A DNA stretch of 64,000 bases from Malacoraja senta. Its lineage: Eukaryota. Position numbers and translations under genes: made by a program. The stretch covers positions 5,954,001 to 6,018,000 of the forward strand of contig CM075996.1 in NCBI GenBank assembly GCA_038087875.1, in the 5' to 3' direction. Under the pieces are notes generated by a model that had not been told where the DNA came from, searched no databases, and saw nothing but the letters and a program-made list of their open reading frames with translations. Shown here piece after piece: positions 12,010 to 24,499 of this stretch (within the stretch, counting starts at the first letter, position 1; each line of letters opens with the position of its first letter).

Positions 12010-13059
12010 CTCAGGGGGGCTGAATACTTTTGCACGTGACACTTTTCAGTTTTTTATTTGTAAACAAATTTGAAAACCATGTATCATTTTCCTTCCACTT
12101 CACAATTATGCACCACTTTGTGTTGGTCTATCACATAAAATCCCAATAAAATACATTTACGTTTGTGGTTGTAACGTGACAAAATGTGGAAAAGTGCAAG
12201 GGTTATGAAAACTTTTGCAAGCCACTGTACTTCCATGGCTTTTAAATGTTTGTCATGTGTCAATACCATCTCTATCCCATCTCTGTTCTTCTTCGGTTGC
12301 TCAGTGTTAGACTTTGATAATTTTGATGCAATGTGTTGGGCATTTTTACTGCATTAAAGATTTTCATAAATATAAATTGTTAGTTATTACTCAAGATGGC
12401 ATTTTGGATCAAAATATCAACTGGATAGATTTGGGAAAGACAACTCACAAAGAGCTGCCTATTAACATACAATAGCAACACATTAGTTACTCAAACAGGG
12501 GTTGTCCTAGCAACAGTTTCTGATTTCATTTATTATTGTAGTATCACAAGTGTTTATTCTTTATATTCAAGTAAGAGAATTAGGAGTAGGCCACTCGGTC
12601 TCATTAGCCTGAATGCTATTTAATACGATAGAACAAAAGTGATCATTTAGATGATTTCACCATTTAGATTTGTTTTACAAAATTACAAAGTAAATTTCAA
12701 ATTGTACAACCAATGAAGTGTTCCAAATGTCAACATTGATTGGAAGAATATATAGCTAAATTAAATGTAAAATGAGATATAATTTATTTAGAATGAGTTG
12801 TGACTTCTAAACTTTTTATAACAAATTTGTATTTGTGCGTATAATGTGAATCGTGTGCTACAGCATTGGGCTGCAGGTCAATCATCAATTTGCAATTGGT
12901 TAATAATAAGTTTTGTAAAGAAAACCTTCCACACAAATTACTCAAGTAGGATTAAGATGTAATCTTGCTATTCTGGGTTGGTTAATTTATAGAAAATTAA
13001 TGATTGTCAGTTAACAGTGAGGTTTTTGAAAAACATTTTTTTAACTTTGAGTAGAAATT

Positions 13060-16000
13060 TTTTTTTTATTTTTTTTATTTTTTTATTTTTTAGAAGTACG
13101 GTAGATTACAGTAATGTACAACACGTATATATTAATACATTTTTTGTACCGCTTCATTTTTTTAAACTTTAAGAAAGAAAAAGAAAGAAGTAAGAAAAGT
13201 GAAGAAAGTGCGCAAAGGTTGTGAAGTGCAAAAGAGTGTTGGGAAAAGAAAGCCCCTTAGAGAAGAGGTTAGAGAAGGAAGTAAAGTTAGAAAATAGACC
13301 CTAGAAAAAAAAAGAGAAAGAAAGAAGGAACAATCGCTCTATTATAACTCTTATACCATACTTCATAGAGAAGGAACTACCAACCAAGTCTGTTTTTATT
13401 TTACCTCCCATTACCAGGTCCAGATACCTTTTATTTATTTATTTGTTTTTCTAAATTACTATTGCACCTCATGCTTGTAATAGGTCCAAAAACGTAGACC
13501 ACGTCTTTTGAAATTGATCTACTTTACCTACTAGGAGGAATCTCATCTCTTCCAGATGTAATGTTTCCAACATATTTGATGTCCACATTTTTATTGTTGG
13601 TGTGGGCGCATTTTTCCAGAATTTAAGTATAAGCTTTTTTCCCATTATTAGCCCATAATTGAGTAAATTCTTCTGATACACGTTTAATTCAGGAATACCT
13701 TCCGATATTCCAAAAATAATCCATTCTGGTTTTGGTACCAGTTTTATTTTGATTAATTTTGAAAAAATATCAAATATTTCAAACCAGAATTTTTGGATTT
13801 TTGTACAAAAAACAAAAGAATGTGCTATGGTAGCTTCTTGACATATACATTCATCACAGATTGGTGAGACGTTAGGAAAGATTTTATTTAGTTTGGTTTT
13901 TGAATAATATAATCTATGTAATGTTTTAAATTGGATAAGCGTATGTCGTACGTTGATCGAGCATTTATGCACCTGTAATAAATGATTATCCCAACTCTCT
14001 TTTGAAATTTTTATACCTAGATCTTGTTCCCAATCTCTTCTAATTCCATCTGTTGTGGGTATTTCTATATTTAAGATGATATTATATAAGTATGATATTA
14101 AATTAACTGATTCCGCCTTTGTCTTCATTGCTTCATCTAGTAAGTCGGAAGGCATATTATAATAATCTTTTGTGTGTGTTTTCAAATAGTCACAGATTTG
14201 TATATATTTAAAATATTGATTATTTTTCAAATTATATTTCAGTTGTAGTTGTTGGAATGATAGTAATTTTTCTAATTCATACAGATCTTCGAGCGTTTTA
14301 ATTCCCATTCTTTCCCATTGTATAAATGCTTTATCTATGATTGAAGGTTTAAACGATGGGTTATTGACTATTGGTATTAAGAGAGATAGGTTTCTTAATT
14401 TTAGATTCTGTTTTATTTGCTTCCATGTTCTAATAGTGCTATATATAATTGGATTTTTATTATAATTTTTATTATTCAAATTTATTGGAGAAAGAATAAT
14501 CGCTCCTATATTATTCGGGGAGCAATCCCCTTTTTCCATTATAATCCAGTCCACCTGCTGGGCAGAATTGTCCAGCAGGTGAATCATATTTTTAATATTT
14601 ACTGCCCAGTTATAATACATAAAGTTAGGGAGCGCTAGACCCCCCAACTCTTTTCGTTTGTTAAGGTGTGTTCTTTGTATTCTGTGGGATTTGTAATCCC
14701 ATATAAAATTTGTAATGTCTGAGTCCAGTTTTTTGAAAAACTTTTTTGGGAGATATATAGGTATTGATTGAAATAGGTAAAGGATTTGTGGTAAGAAAAT
14801 CATTTTTATAGCATTTATCCTACCTATTAAGGACATCGGAAGTGTTTTCCAAAATTTAATCAGATTATTTAATTTCTTAAGTAGGGGATTATAATTAGCT
14901 TTAAACATATCATGGTAATTTCTAGTAATCTCAATTCCTAAATATTTGAATTTTTCCATAGCTATTTTAAAAGGGAATTTCCTGAGATGTGTTGAGTCTT
15001 TTGGTTTAATCGACATAATTTCACTTTTGTTCCAATTTATTCTATATCCTGAAAAGGATCCAAAGTCCTCAATTAAGTTTAATATATTTGGTATACTAAT
15101 TTGTGGTTTTGTGATGTACAGTAGTACATCATCAGCATATAGGGATAGTTTGTTGTTTGAATATTTTGTGTTATAACCGTGAATATTCGAGTGTGTTCTT
15201 ATTTTTTCAGCAAGGGGTTCAATTACCAAAGCAAATAACAGCGGTGATAGTGAACATCCTTGTCTGTTGCCCCTAGATAATTCGAATTTTGAAGATAATA
15301 TATTATTAGTTAGTATTCTAGCCGTAGGTTTGTTATATAGTAGTTTTATCCATGCAATAAAGTTTTCTCCCAATTGGAATTTTTGCAATACTTTGATCAT
15401 ATAGTCCCATTCTACTTGATCAAACGCTTTTTCTGCGTCCAGTGAGATGATAGCTAACTCTTCGTCATAAGATTTATGTGAATGCATTATGTTAAGCAAA
15501 CGTCTCAAATTATTAAATGAGTGTCTCTTAGGTATAAATCCTGTTTGATCCTCATGTATTAGTCTACTAACATACTTGCTTAATCTATTGGCTAATGTTT
15601 TTGCTATTATTTTCTGATCCGTATTTAACAAAGCAATAGCTCTATATGATCCTGGTTCTTCTATATTTTTATCTTTTTTAAGTATTAATATGATCGTTGA
15701 TTCCGCTAGTGTTTCAGGTAGGTTTTGCTCTTTATAAGCATATGTATACATTTTTTGTAATCGTGGAGTAACTATATCATAAAAAGATTTATAAAATTCA
15801 TTACTGAATCCGTCTGGTCCTGGTGTTTTTCCATTTTTTAGTGTTTTTATTGTGTCTTCTATCTCCTTAGAAGTAATTTGTGCTCCCAGTTCCTCTTGTT
15901 CCCTGCGTTCTAATTGTGGTAGATTACAATTATCTAAAAATTCTGAGATTTTATTATTGTCTATTGACGTTTTAGATGTGTATAGATTCTGGTAAAATTG

Positions 16001-16851
16001 AGCAAATCTTTTATTAATATCCTTGGGTAGTGTTAATACTTCCCCTCTATCTGATTTAATCTTTAATATTGCATTCTCTTTTTCCCGTTTTTTAAGTTGT
16101 CGTGCTAGAAGTTTGTGGGGTTTGTCCCCGAATTCGAAGTGTTCTTGTTTTGTGATTTGAAATAATGTTATAACTTTCTCTGACAGTAATTTATTTAACT
16201 GAAATTTCAGTAGTAGTATTTTATTATGTTTATCCATAGTTGGGTCTTTAGCATTATCTATATCTAACTGTTTTATTTGATCTTCTAAGTGTCTTTGTTC
16301 ATTCTTATTCTTTTTATTTTGATAGGCTTGAAATGAAATAATGACTCCTCTTATAAATGCTTTGAAGGATTCCCATAATAACGTGGGGGATATCTCTGGT
16401 GTATCATTTAACTCAAAAAATAGATCCATCTGTTTTTTTAGATAGATACTCCCTTGAGGGTCTTTTAAAATTTGTGAGTTGAACCTCCAGAACGGTTTAT
16501 TCATAGACATTCCTTCTAGTTTTAGAACAAAAGTTAACGGAGAATGATCTGAGATCGCATTAATATGATATTTAGGATTCAGAGATTGCGAAATTAATTT
16601 TGTATCCACTAGAAAATAGTCTATCCGTGAATATGTTTTATGCACCATTGAATAAAACGAGTAATCCCTTCCCGTCGGGTTTGCAATCCTCCATACATCT
16701 GTTATATTTGTGTTTTCCATATATGTGTGTAAGAGTTCACTGGTTTTAGATTTCGTCTGACCTTTTTGTTTTTGCATCGATTTATCTAAATAAGGATCTA
16801 AAACACAATTAAAATCTCCTCCGATTATAACATTTTGATAATTAGATTCTG
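13060..16851 (-). mobile_element. 5'-truncated L1-clade LINE with 3'UTR, A-rich tail and 16-bp TSD
   Basis: ACTTTGAGTAGAAATT repeated at 13044-13059 and 16852-16867. T-rich tail at 13058-13091 on +. Long ORF2 on the minus strand. Confidence 0.95.
13469..16849 (-). CDS. L1 ORF2 (partial APE endonuclease + RT + CCHC), open but lacking its N-terminus
   Basis: Uninterrupted frame from ESNYQNVIIGGDFN. Contains SRIDY, SDH, KTPGPDG, YRAIALLN, DAEKAFD, RQGCSLSPLLF, LYADD, KYLG and a C-terminal CDEC...H....C. The track ORF of 1102 aa starts at an internal Met. Confidence 0.93.
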   Translation of the reverse strand, partial: ESNYQNVIIGGDFNCVLDPYLDKSMQKQKGQTKSKTSELLHTYMENTNITDVWRIANPTGRDYSFYSMVHKTYSRIDYFLVDTKLISQSLNPKYHINAISDHSPLTFVLKLEGMSMNKPFWRFNSQILKDPQGSIYLKKQMDLFFELNDTPEISPTLLWESFKAFIRGVIISFQAYQNKKNKNEQRHLEDQIKQLDIDNAKDPTMDKHNKILLLKFQLNKLLSEKVITLFQITKQEHFEFGDKPHKLLARQLKKREKENAILKIKSDRGEVLTLPKDINKRFAQFYQNLYTSKTSIDNNKISEFLDNCNLPQLERREQEELGAQITSKEIEDTIKTLKNGKTPGPDGFSNEFYKSFYDIVTPRLQKMYTYAYKEQNLPETLAESTIILILKKDKNIEEPGSYRAIALLNTDQKIIAKTLANRLSKYVSRLIHEDQTGFIPKRHSFNNLRRLLNIMHSHKSYDEELAIISLDAEKAFDQVEWDYMIKVLQKFQLGENFIAWIKLLYNKPTARILTNNILSSKFELSRGNRQGCSLSPLLFALVIEPLAEKIRTHSNIHGYNTKYSNNKLSLYADDVLLYITKPQISIPNILNLIEDFGSFSGYRINWNKSEIMSIKPKDSTHLRKFPFKIAMEKFKYLGIEITRNYHDMFKANYNPLLKKLNNLIKFWKTLPMSLIGRINAIKMIFLPQILYLFQSIPIYLPKKFFKKLDSDITNFIWDYKSHRIQRTHLNKRKELGGLALPNFMYYNWAVNIKNMIHLLDNSAQQVDWIIMEKGDCSPNNIGAIILSPINLNNKNYNKNPIIYSTIRTWKQIKQNLKLRNLSLLIPIVNNPSFKPSIIDKAFIQWERMGIKTLEDLYELEKLLSFQQLQLKYNLKNNQYFKYIQICDYLKTHTKDYYNMPSDLLDEAMKTKAESVNLISYLYNIILNIEIPTTDGIRRDWEQDLGIKISKESWDNHLLQVHKCSINVRHTLIQFKTLHRLYYSKTKLNKIFPNVSPICDECICQEATIAHSFVFCTKIQKFWFEIFDIFSKLIKIKLVPKPEWIIFGISEGIPELNVYQKNLLNYGLIMGKKLILKFWKNAPTPTIKMWTSNMLETLHLEEMRFLLVGKVDQFQKTWSTFLDLLQA

Positions 16852-18270
16852 ACTTTGAGTAGAAATTAATGGAAACAATTTGAATTATTAATATTTATCA
16901 TTTGTTTTATGCCATTGCATGGGTTGAATTTCTTGGCAGTCTGCAGGTAATACTGGACATTTTGCATCATGCAGTTCTTCTCATTTATATTATTATTGGA
17001 GCTACTTAGGAGTTATTGTCTAAGCTTGTTTTACACCCTTTCAATCAAGGGTTCAGAGTTGGCAGAAACACTCAGATTTAATTAAGCAGGACATCATACA
17101 GGCTAAAAACAGTGTGTGCAATGCTTGTTGCGCAAAAAAACGACATGAGATTGTGACTGTTTTTCCGGGATAAATGCATTAAGTTAATGTTGTTTGCGTA
17201 GAAAATTATACTTTGTGTGACATCGTGGCTTTTCTGGGGTGCAAAATGTGACTTGTAAATGTAGCGGTTGATTAACATAAGCCATTGTTTATGCTGCACA
17301 TCTGGAGGATGTGGTTAAGTTTTAAATGGGGTGTGTACTCATATGAAAGTAAGAGTGCTGGAAATATAGAATATGTACATGTGTACAAATATACAGGATG
17401 CTCGTATCAATGAGGGATTTAACATCTAAATCACCAAACTGCCTTTGTCATTTTACAATTGGCCATGTAATTCTAGGATTTCTATAGTTATTTTGAATTG
17501 TCTTTTCCCCCTGTTTACTTAGGATTTTTTTTTGAATATTGAAGTAGTGATTTTCTTTCCCCTCCAATTTCATTATTGGGAAATGCGAGGAACTTTAAAT
17601 CAATTTTTTTTTGGTATTTCCTTTGTCCTTCATATGTTTCATCATCAGTGTAAGCCTGCACTTTAACGTGCCCAGTCTTGCTCTGATGGGAAATTTGCAC
17701 TTTGATCAGGTCGAATATACAGCTTTGTTCAACTTGTTGGTTGTCAGCTGCACAAACGCTGGAACTAGCTTGTTTACAATTAGCTAAGTATGCTATCTCT
17801 CTTACAAAGAAGTTTTATGGCCTATCGTAAATGTTTGAATGCCCTAAGGCTTTGAATTCCTTTAGCAGTAGTTAGCCATATATCAGTCTGTACAGTCTGT
17901 ACAGACACCAATGGGGAAAAAAATAGGTTCCATAATGTGACACTAGATCTTTGCTAGGCAGCAGAGAACTAACAATGAGGAAGAGAGCCCTGACGCATAC
18001 CAACCCCCAGATGCCAGAGCCAATTGCAGCATCCCTAAGATTGTCAGTAACTCAGCAAAAAAGCAGATGTCTATCTTTGGTTTGTGTGACATATTTGCAT
18101 GTCCTTTTATGAAATGAACCGTTGCAAATCCAACTGCGCAATACTGTCCCAAAGGTTGAAATTACAATGTTATTGTTTGAGCCAGGTCTAATGATTCTTT
18201 CTTCTTGACCATCCAGTAATGATTTGATCTGGGAGGTAAATTGCACTTGAACAAATGCTAATTAATGAGA

Positions 18271-18400
18271 TGTGTAGGAAGGGACTGCAGATGCTGGTTT
18301 AAACCGAAGATAGACACAAAAAGCTGGAGTAACTCAGTGGGTCAGGCAGCATCTCTGGAGAAAAGGAATAGGTGAGATTTCGAGTCAAGATCCATCATCG
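18271..18400 (-). mobile_element. PLE pLTR copy (subfamily A)
   Basis: tgtgtaggaagggactgcagatgctggtttaaaccgaagatagacac...gcagcatctctggag matches 2662-2780. The hammerhead part is degenerate. Confidence 0.75.
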
Positions 18401-18659
18401 GACAGAGTCAGAGGTATAGGAAATGAGAGATATAGACGATGATATAGCGAGATATAGAACAATCATTTATTTAATGAATGAGGATGAAATTGTGCTCAAT
18501 CATAGTATATCTATCATGCTATTGATTAGCCTGTGGGAATTCTGTTCATAAGTAAAGCTGTTTATTTGTCTGAACTGTCAGATGTTTCTGTCCCCCATTA
18601 AGCTAAATTAGAAACCAGTTGGCAGTCCAGACTAAGGTAAGAAGAGTTAAGGTCCTAAG

Positions 18660-18795
18660 GACATAAGTGATAGGAGCAGAATTAGACCATTCAGCCCATC
18701 AAGTCTACTCTGCCATTCAATCATTTCTGATCTATCTCCCTCCGTCCCTTCTCCTGTCTTCTCCCCATAACGTCTGACTCCCGTACTAATCAATG
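18660..18795 (-). mobile_element. CR1/SINE 3' tail fragment
   Basis: gataggagcagaattagaccattcagcccatc...gccattcaatcat resembles the CR1 3' end at 9961-10060. Confidence 0.55.
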
Positions 18796-21700
18796 TAAAC
18801 ATTGAGTGTAAACATTAGCAAAATAAAAATAATGATTAATCTCCATGTCATAAGATTGAAATTGCAAATGCATTTAATGGAAAGTAATAAATCTGTGCCA
18901 GAGGTTTTTGGAAGTTCAGTATGTTAAAGATAGCATAGAATATAGAAAGGCACAACACGGGATGTGCTGTGTATGGTCACGTTATACCAGCAAGTAACCC
19001 ATATCCCTCCCAGCCCTGGGTATTCATGTACCTATCTAAAAGCCTCTTTTGACAGATTTTTAAAAGTCAAGGGATAATTGTAGATCAGAAAATTGGTGCT
19101 AAACTAAAATATCAGCAATGGTATTTTTGAAAGGCGAAGTAGCCAGATGGCGTGTTGTGAATTATATCATCATATTGTGCAAGTTATTTAAGGAGTCTGT
19201 GCAATCCAGTAATGGTAAAGCATTATGCTGAACACCCCAAATTGCAAGTTATTGTGGGAGAATAATTGATACCATTCATTTTGTAATTAGAGTAAAAACC
19301 CACAAATCTAGGTGTGGTAGCTTTCAGGACAAATGTACAGAAATTATGTTGCATGGACTTTTAATAAATATCTGTAGATGATATCAAATATTGTCCTTTT
19401 TATTGTGTTATTAGCTCTAAGAACTGAGTTAGGTCATATCAATGAAAGTGAACACAAGTGCAACAGCATCTTGCTAAACCAGATTTTGCAGAAAACAATG
19501 ATAATGAAGTCATACCTTGCCACTTGAGCCATGAACGTACTATGGCCCAGAGTTTAACTTCCAGCAACATGTCCTATCCATTTTCAAAAGACTAAAATCT
19601 ACTTCTGTCATATCTATATGCCACTGCAATAACATGTCCTGAGACTTTTTATTGACTTAATGTGTGGTTTCCCACTTTCTAACAGTCATGAACTTGTTAA
19701 ATTGACAGTAAGCTTCCAGTTTGTGCATCTCACCCACACCGACTCCAACAGTATAATGAACAAAAATGAAACCTATGCGGTTAACCAGGCAGTGACATCA
19801 TAGATTATAAAATGGCCTAGAGTATTGGACTGGAGAAAGATGCACATTTTTATTCCTCAAGGACTGGATTTTAAACCACTTCTCTTTCGGATACGTAATG
19901 ACCTTGAATATAGAGTAAAATTTGTTAAGGTAAAATTTCAACGACAAAAGGTTGAAAGTGCAATTGAAATTGAGGAATCTAATTTCCGAAATGACAGATG
20001 AAGTGTAAAGCAACTGTGAAATTGTATCTTCTGATGCGAAGAATGATGAGAGCTAATATGAACTAAACCTTATAGTTTTACAGCAAGTACAGATATGAGA
20101 GTATAAGGGCACAAAGTATAAAAGTATAAGGGCCCAAATTTCTGAAGATGTCGGGACGATTTAAAAAAGGCTTTTATAAGGGATCTTTGGCTTTACCAAA
20201 AGAGTAATAGCAGTGTACAAAGGAAATTGATGTTAAAATCCTTTTAAAACTATGGTCTGGCCTAGCTGGCTTTAGGACATTGTTTCAGGAACATTCGTAA
20301 ACCTAAAATCCAAATTCCACCACAGTAGTTGCATAATTTAAAGTCTGATTAATAATCTGAAATTATTATTTAAAAAAATATTTACATTAACTCTCATGGA
20401 GTCTTCTGTTTCACAAATGGCAGCCAACTGGATATGGCCAATATGTCATCCCAGACCCAGCAATATGGCTTACCATTTTGTGGGCAAATCAGAAAAGCTG
20501 GTATTGACAGTGATGCCCAGATTCAGAGAAAATAAACAACAACAAAAATCAGATGGTGCTAAAGCTTCAGAGGGGAGATTTACTATAAAGGTGTTAAAGT
20601 TGTGTAGTGAGACAGGGAAAATTGGGTGCTTGTTCTTGGAACACATATGTTTAACAGGATGCTTAACATCAGAATGATTTTGATATGAGTAAATAAGGAA
20701 AAATGTTATGGCAGTGACCAGTGAATACAGGTTTAACGGATTGGCACAAGAGCCAGAAAAGATTTAAACAATTGATGATGCTCAGCAGGTCACAAATATT
20801 TTACATTTCCGGAAAAAGTCTCATCACAACTGACTGGAAAGGTTATCCCTAATTCTCCTTTCAAAGATGTTGTTTGATCTGCTTTATTCCAGCTGTTTAT
20901 TTCAGACTCCAGCAACTGCATCATTTGCTGTTTCAAAATTTAAAAAAAAATTGTTAGTGAGTTGCTGTCATATATATAGCACTTCCTGACGAAGGAGAGA
21001 CATTCAGTAAGAACATTCAAAATTGAACTAATTCAATGCTGACAAAAAACATGCTGAAGCATGCAGAAAAGTGTATTGCTGAATATTTAGTTGGAGAGTT
21101 CGAGCAAAAAATCAGTAAAGCCATAATGAAATAATTTGCCTCTAATAACTGTTAGTTTGTGATTTGGCCCATTGTGATTGCTGGCTATTCAAATATTTAT
21201 TTGTGAATCTGTTTCCACTTCTGTTTCAGCCACACATTTGCATGCAAAATTGCATGGAAACAAACTTTCTTTTTCTCCCTAGTTCTCGTGCCACTTCCAT
21301 TAAAACTGTTTCCGATGTTAACAATTTCTGCCCTTGAACTTTCAATGAATTCTTAATGAATTTAAATCTAAATGGAAATACCGTCCCAATCTATTGTGAG
21401 CATTTGTTTCTAATATATATTAGATGAAATGAATAAAATTTGCTTTATAAGATACTTTCTAAATGTTCACAACCAGAATTGTTTTTCCTCAAACCTGTAA
21501 ATGAGACTTTGGCAACTTTGAGTGGAGAATTCACTGATTCAGACCAAATGTATGCAACACTTTGAAGAATTTTTCTGCGAGCCTTTGAGAACCATGAATT
21601 CCTTAAGAAAACATATTTGTCTTTGTGTTACTTAGATGACAAACATATGTCTTCCCAGGGTTTCAACCCATGCGGTGCCTCAGGCAGCTGCTTTTAAAAA

Positions 21701-22084
21701 TAAAAGTCAATTACAGTACCCAACTACAAAGAAATAAACTGCAAAGAATTAAAAAAAAAATTGCTGCAATATTCCAGGTTTAGAAAGTTTAGAAGGTTTA
21801 GCATGTTTTTACTGTATGTAATTTTGATTCCTGTAAATCGGTGTTTATGTATTCATTCTATTACTTTCTTAAAGAGAAGCCATCATTAACAATAGTAATC
21901 CACTAGCTTTTGGTAACGACAACCGCTTTGCCGAACACTTGCTATCTGCCCTCCAATGTTTGCTGGCGCTCCCGGTTGCTGGTCATTTTAACTCTCCTTT
22001 CCATTCCCATATTGACCTTTTTGTCCTTGGCCTCCTCCATTGCTAGAGTAAGGCTAAATGCAGTGGGACTTTTGGCTTCTATAC

Positions 22085-22545
22085 CTCCTGCCTATCAGTT
22101 GCCTAGCAGAGAGGAGGTCATGGGCCAGTTGGTATGGAATCTTGATGATAGTTGCCACCACGTCGGGAGAGCACCTTGTGTAGATACTTCCGATGGTGGG
22201 GAGGGCTTATACCCATGACGGACTGTGCAGAGTCCACCACTCTCTGCATCCTCTTGTGTCCTGTGTATTGGAATTGCCATACCAGGCCATGATGCAACCA
22301 GTCGGGATACTTTCTACAGGACATCTGTAGAGATTTATTAGAGTATTCAGCGACATGCTGAATCTCTTTAAACTTTTAAGAAAGTAGAGGTGTTGATGAG
22401 CCTTTTCGTGATTGCATCTATGTGCCGGGCTGATGAATAGTATACTGACATGGTGTTCTTGTTGTCAAGCTGATCCAGAGCTGAATGTAGCGCAGATGAG
22501 CTGATATCCTTCGTAGCCCTATTTTTTCTGTAAGCAAATTGCTGT
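22085..22545 (-). mobile_element. Rex1/Babar-like LINE fragments (decayed, deleted)
   Basis: Reverse strand resembles 61800-62900 (YRC.VESI..GCI.AWYGN; LDNKNT). Confidence 0.6.
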
Positions 22546-23938
22546 AATTTTTAAGAAATTAATTGCTTCAGACCTGTGGTGGCCTCATTTATAGTTTATA
22601 AAGCTTTATGGAACATTGCTTTACTTCTCAACATGAATTAGTTTTATATTTAATCTATAAAGCATATAACATTTTAAACCTCTATTGCTTAGTCCCATCT
22701 CAACTTTTGATTTGTATCATTGGGCTAGGTGTGAACTTGATAGCAAAGTAGGCCTCCGTTTAAGTTTGCCAGGGAAGGTTTTATCTACTAAACTATGCTG
22801 CTATCACAGAATACTTGCAGAATTGTTTTTCATGCTTGTCCCAGTAACTATATGCTGTATACAAGTAGCCTCGTGGCAATGTAGAATTGTATCCTAACAC
22901 GAGTCCTTGAATTATATGAATGTAATTAATTGTATGTTAATAGCATGAGTTATGATAACAGAAGGTATATGGGGGATTACTGGCCGTGTACAGGAAATAC
23001 ACCATTGCAGACTGATTGTGCGTGCATCTTGTTGCCATATTGCAATAAAAGAAACAAAGCTATTGGTTTATAATTGACATGCGAGATCCTTTGTAAAGGT
23101 ATTATAGCTGGCTTTCATTCAATGTATTCGTTGAAGAATTGCTATTTAGCAGTTGTGTGGTCTTCATTTGTTTGGATTAGCGGTCTCATGGAAAGCATCT
23201 GTGCTCTCTTTAAGCTCGTTTTTTACACCATTGGCAGTATTCCAATGCTTTACGTTATCAGATCCTTTTGGGGTCATGTGATGTTTTTTGCCTTTCTTGC
23301 CCTTGAACTGCCTTTATAAGATTATATCTATTTGTACATTTGGAAGCATTGAAGAAAAAAGTATTTGTCTCGCATCTCGTGGTCCATCTTGTGAGTTGTA
23401 CTATCAAAGCTAGATTCAGCCTGTATACAAATATTCCTTTATGAAATAGAGCCTCCAGAAGGTTGTTAGCTGTAGAGGTATGAAATGTTCATTTAGAATT
23501 TAAAGGGTGAATTATGCTTTTGAGTGCTTGTGAGTCACTTAATATAATTGATTCCAGATGCTCTGAGAATAGAGTCAAAGGACAAAGATTGTCAGTGTTT
23601 ATGCTTAGCTCTGAGTCCTGAGCACTTCCTGTGCTGTGTTAGATCAAATATCCCCAATTATACCCATGCCTTTGTCTAAAGCAATATCCAGTAATATTCA
23701 CATCACAAGGATTTTTGCATTTAAAATGACAGTTAGCATTTTAACATTTGTAACTTCCTGTGCTTACATTCTGTCTTGCTCATTCAAATTTTCTTTTAAC
23801 CATGCTGTTATGTTACCGTAACAAATTTATTTTGAACATTCAGATAATCTACATCCACCGGCTAGAATTAGGAACAGGAGAAGTCCCCAATTTTTTGTGG
23901 GGGACAATTTCAAAGATTTGTGATGCACAGAAAAGAAA

Positions 23939-24270
23939 GGGCGGCACGGTGGTGCAGTGGTAGAGTTGCTGCCTTGCAGCGTCAGAGATCCAGGTTCGAT
24001 CCAGACTGCACCTTGCAGCGTCAGAGATCCAGGTTCGATCCAGACTGCAGCTGCTGTCTGTATGGATTTTGTACGTTCTCCCTGTGACCACGTGGTTTTC
24101 TCCAGTAGCTCTGGTTCCCTACCACATTCCAAAGACGTACAAATTTTGTGGGTTAACTAGCTTCGGTAAGAATTGTAAATCGTCCCTAGTGTGTAGGATA
24201 GTGTGTAGTGTACGGGACTCGTTGGTCGGCATGGACTTGGTGAGCCTAAGGGCCTGTTTTTGGCCTGTTA
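23939..24270 (+). mobile_element. tRNA-derived SINE (HE1/V-SINE-like) with internal 39-bp tandem duplication
   Basis: GGGCGGCACGG start, A-box-like TGGTGCAGTGG and B-box GGTTCGATCC (twice). Central tgtacgttctccctgtgacc...ttctcc...ccaaagacgtac domain and CR1-like 3' tail (ggtcggcatggacttggtg...gggcctgttt). Confidence 0.85.
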
Positions 24271-24361
24271 AATAGCAAGTTGATGGTCGGCATGGATAAA
24301 TCTGACTTGAAGGAGTTTGACTGCCTCTTGTAACTAATCACTTTTCCGTTGTTTTGATTCA

Positions 24362-24499
24362 AAACCAGCAATCCCTGCACATTAACACGATCCTACACTC
24401 GGGACAATTTACATTTATACCAAGCCAATTAACCACCAAACCAGTACGTCTCTGGCACTGTTCGGCATCAACTCTACCGCTGCGCCACTGTGCCGCCCC
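24362..24499 (-). mobile_element. Internally deleted copy of the same SINE family
   Basis: Reverse complement starts ggggcggcacagtggcgcagcggtagagttg and jumps to agacgtac...ttaattggcttgg...gtgtaggat. Confidence 0.75.

Larger units (their letters stand above)
9936..12227 (+). mobile_element. Full-length Tc1 transposon (Passport-like, long IR/DR TIRs) interrupted by CR1
   Basis: Begins TA|CAGTGGCTTGCAAAAGT at 9936 and ends ACTTTTGCAAGCCACTG|TA at 12227. TIRs are ~200 bp (10643-10830 vs 12015-12205). TA TSD. Confidence 0.95.

Noticed and set aside
23939..24010. tRNA gene
   Set aside because: Has A/B boxes but continues into a SINE body and LINE-like tail, and has dispersed copies, so it is a SINE head.
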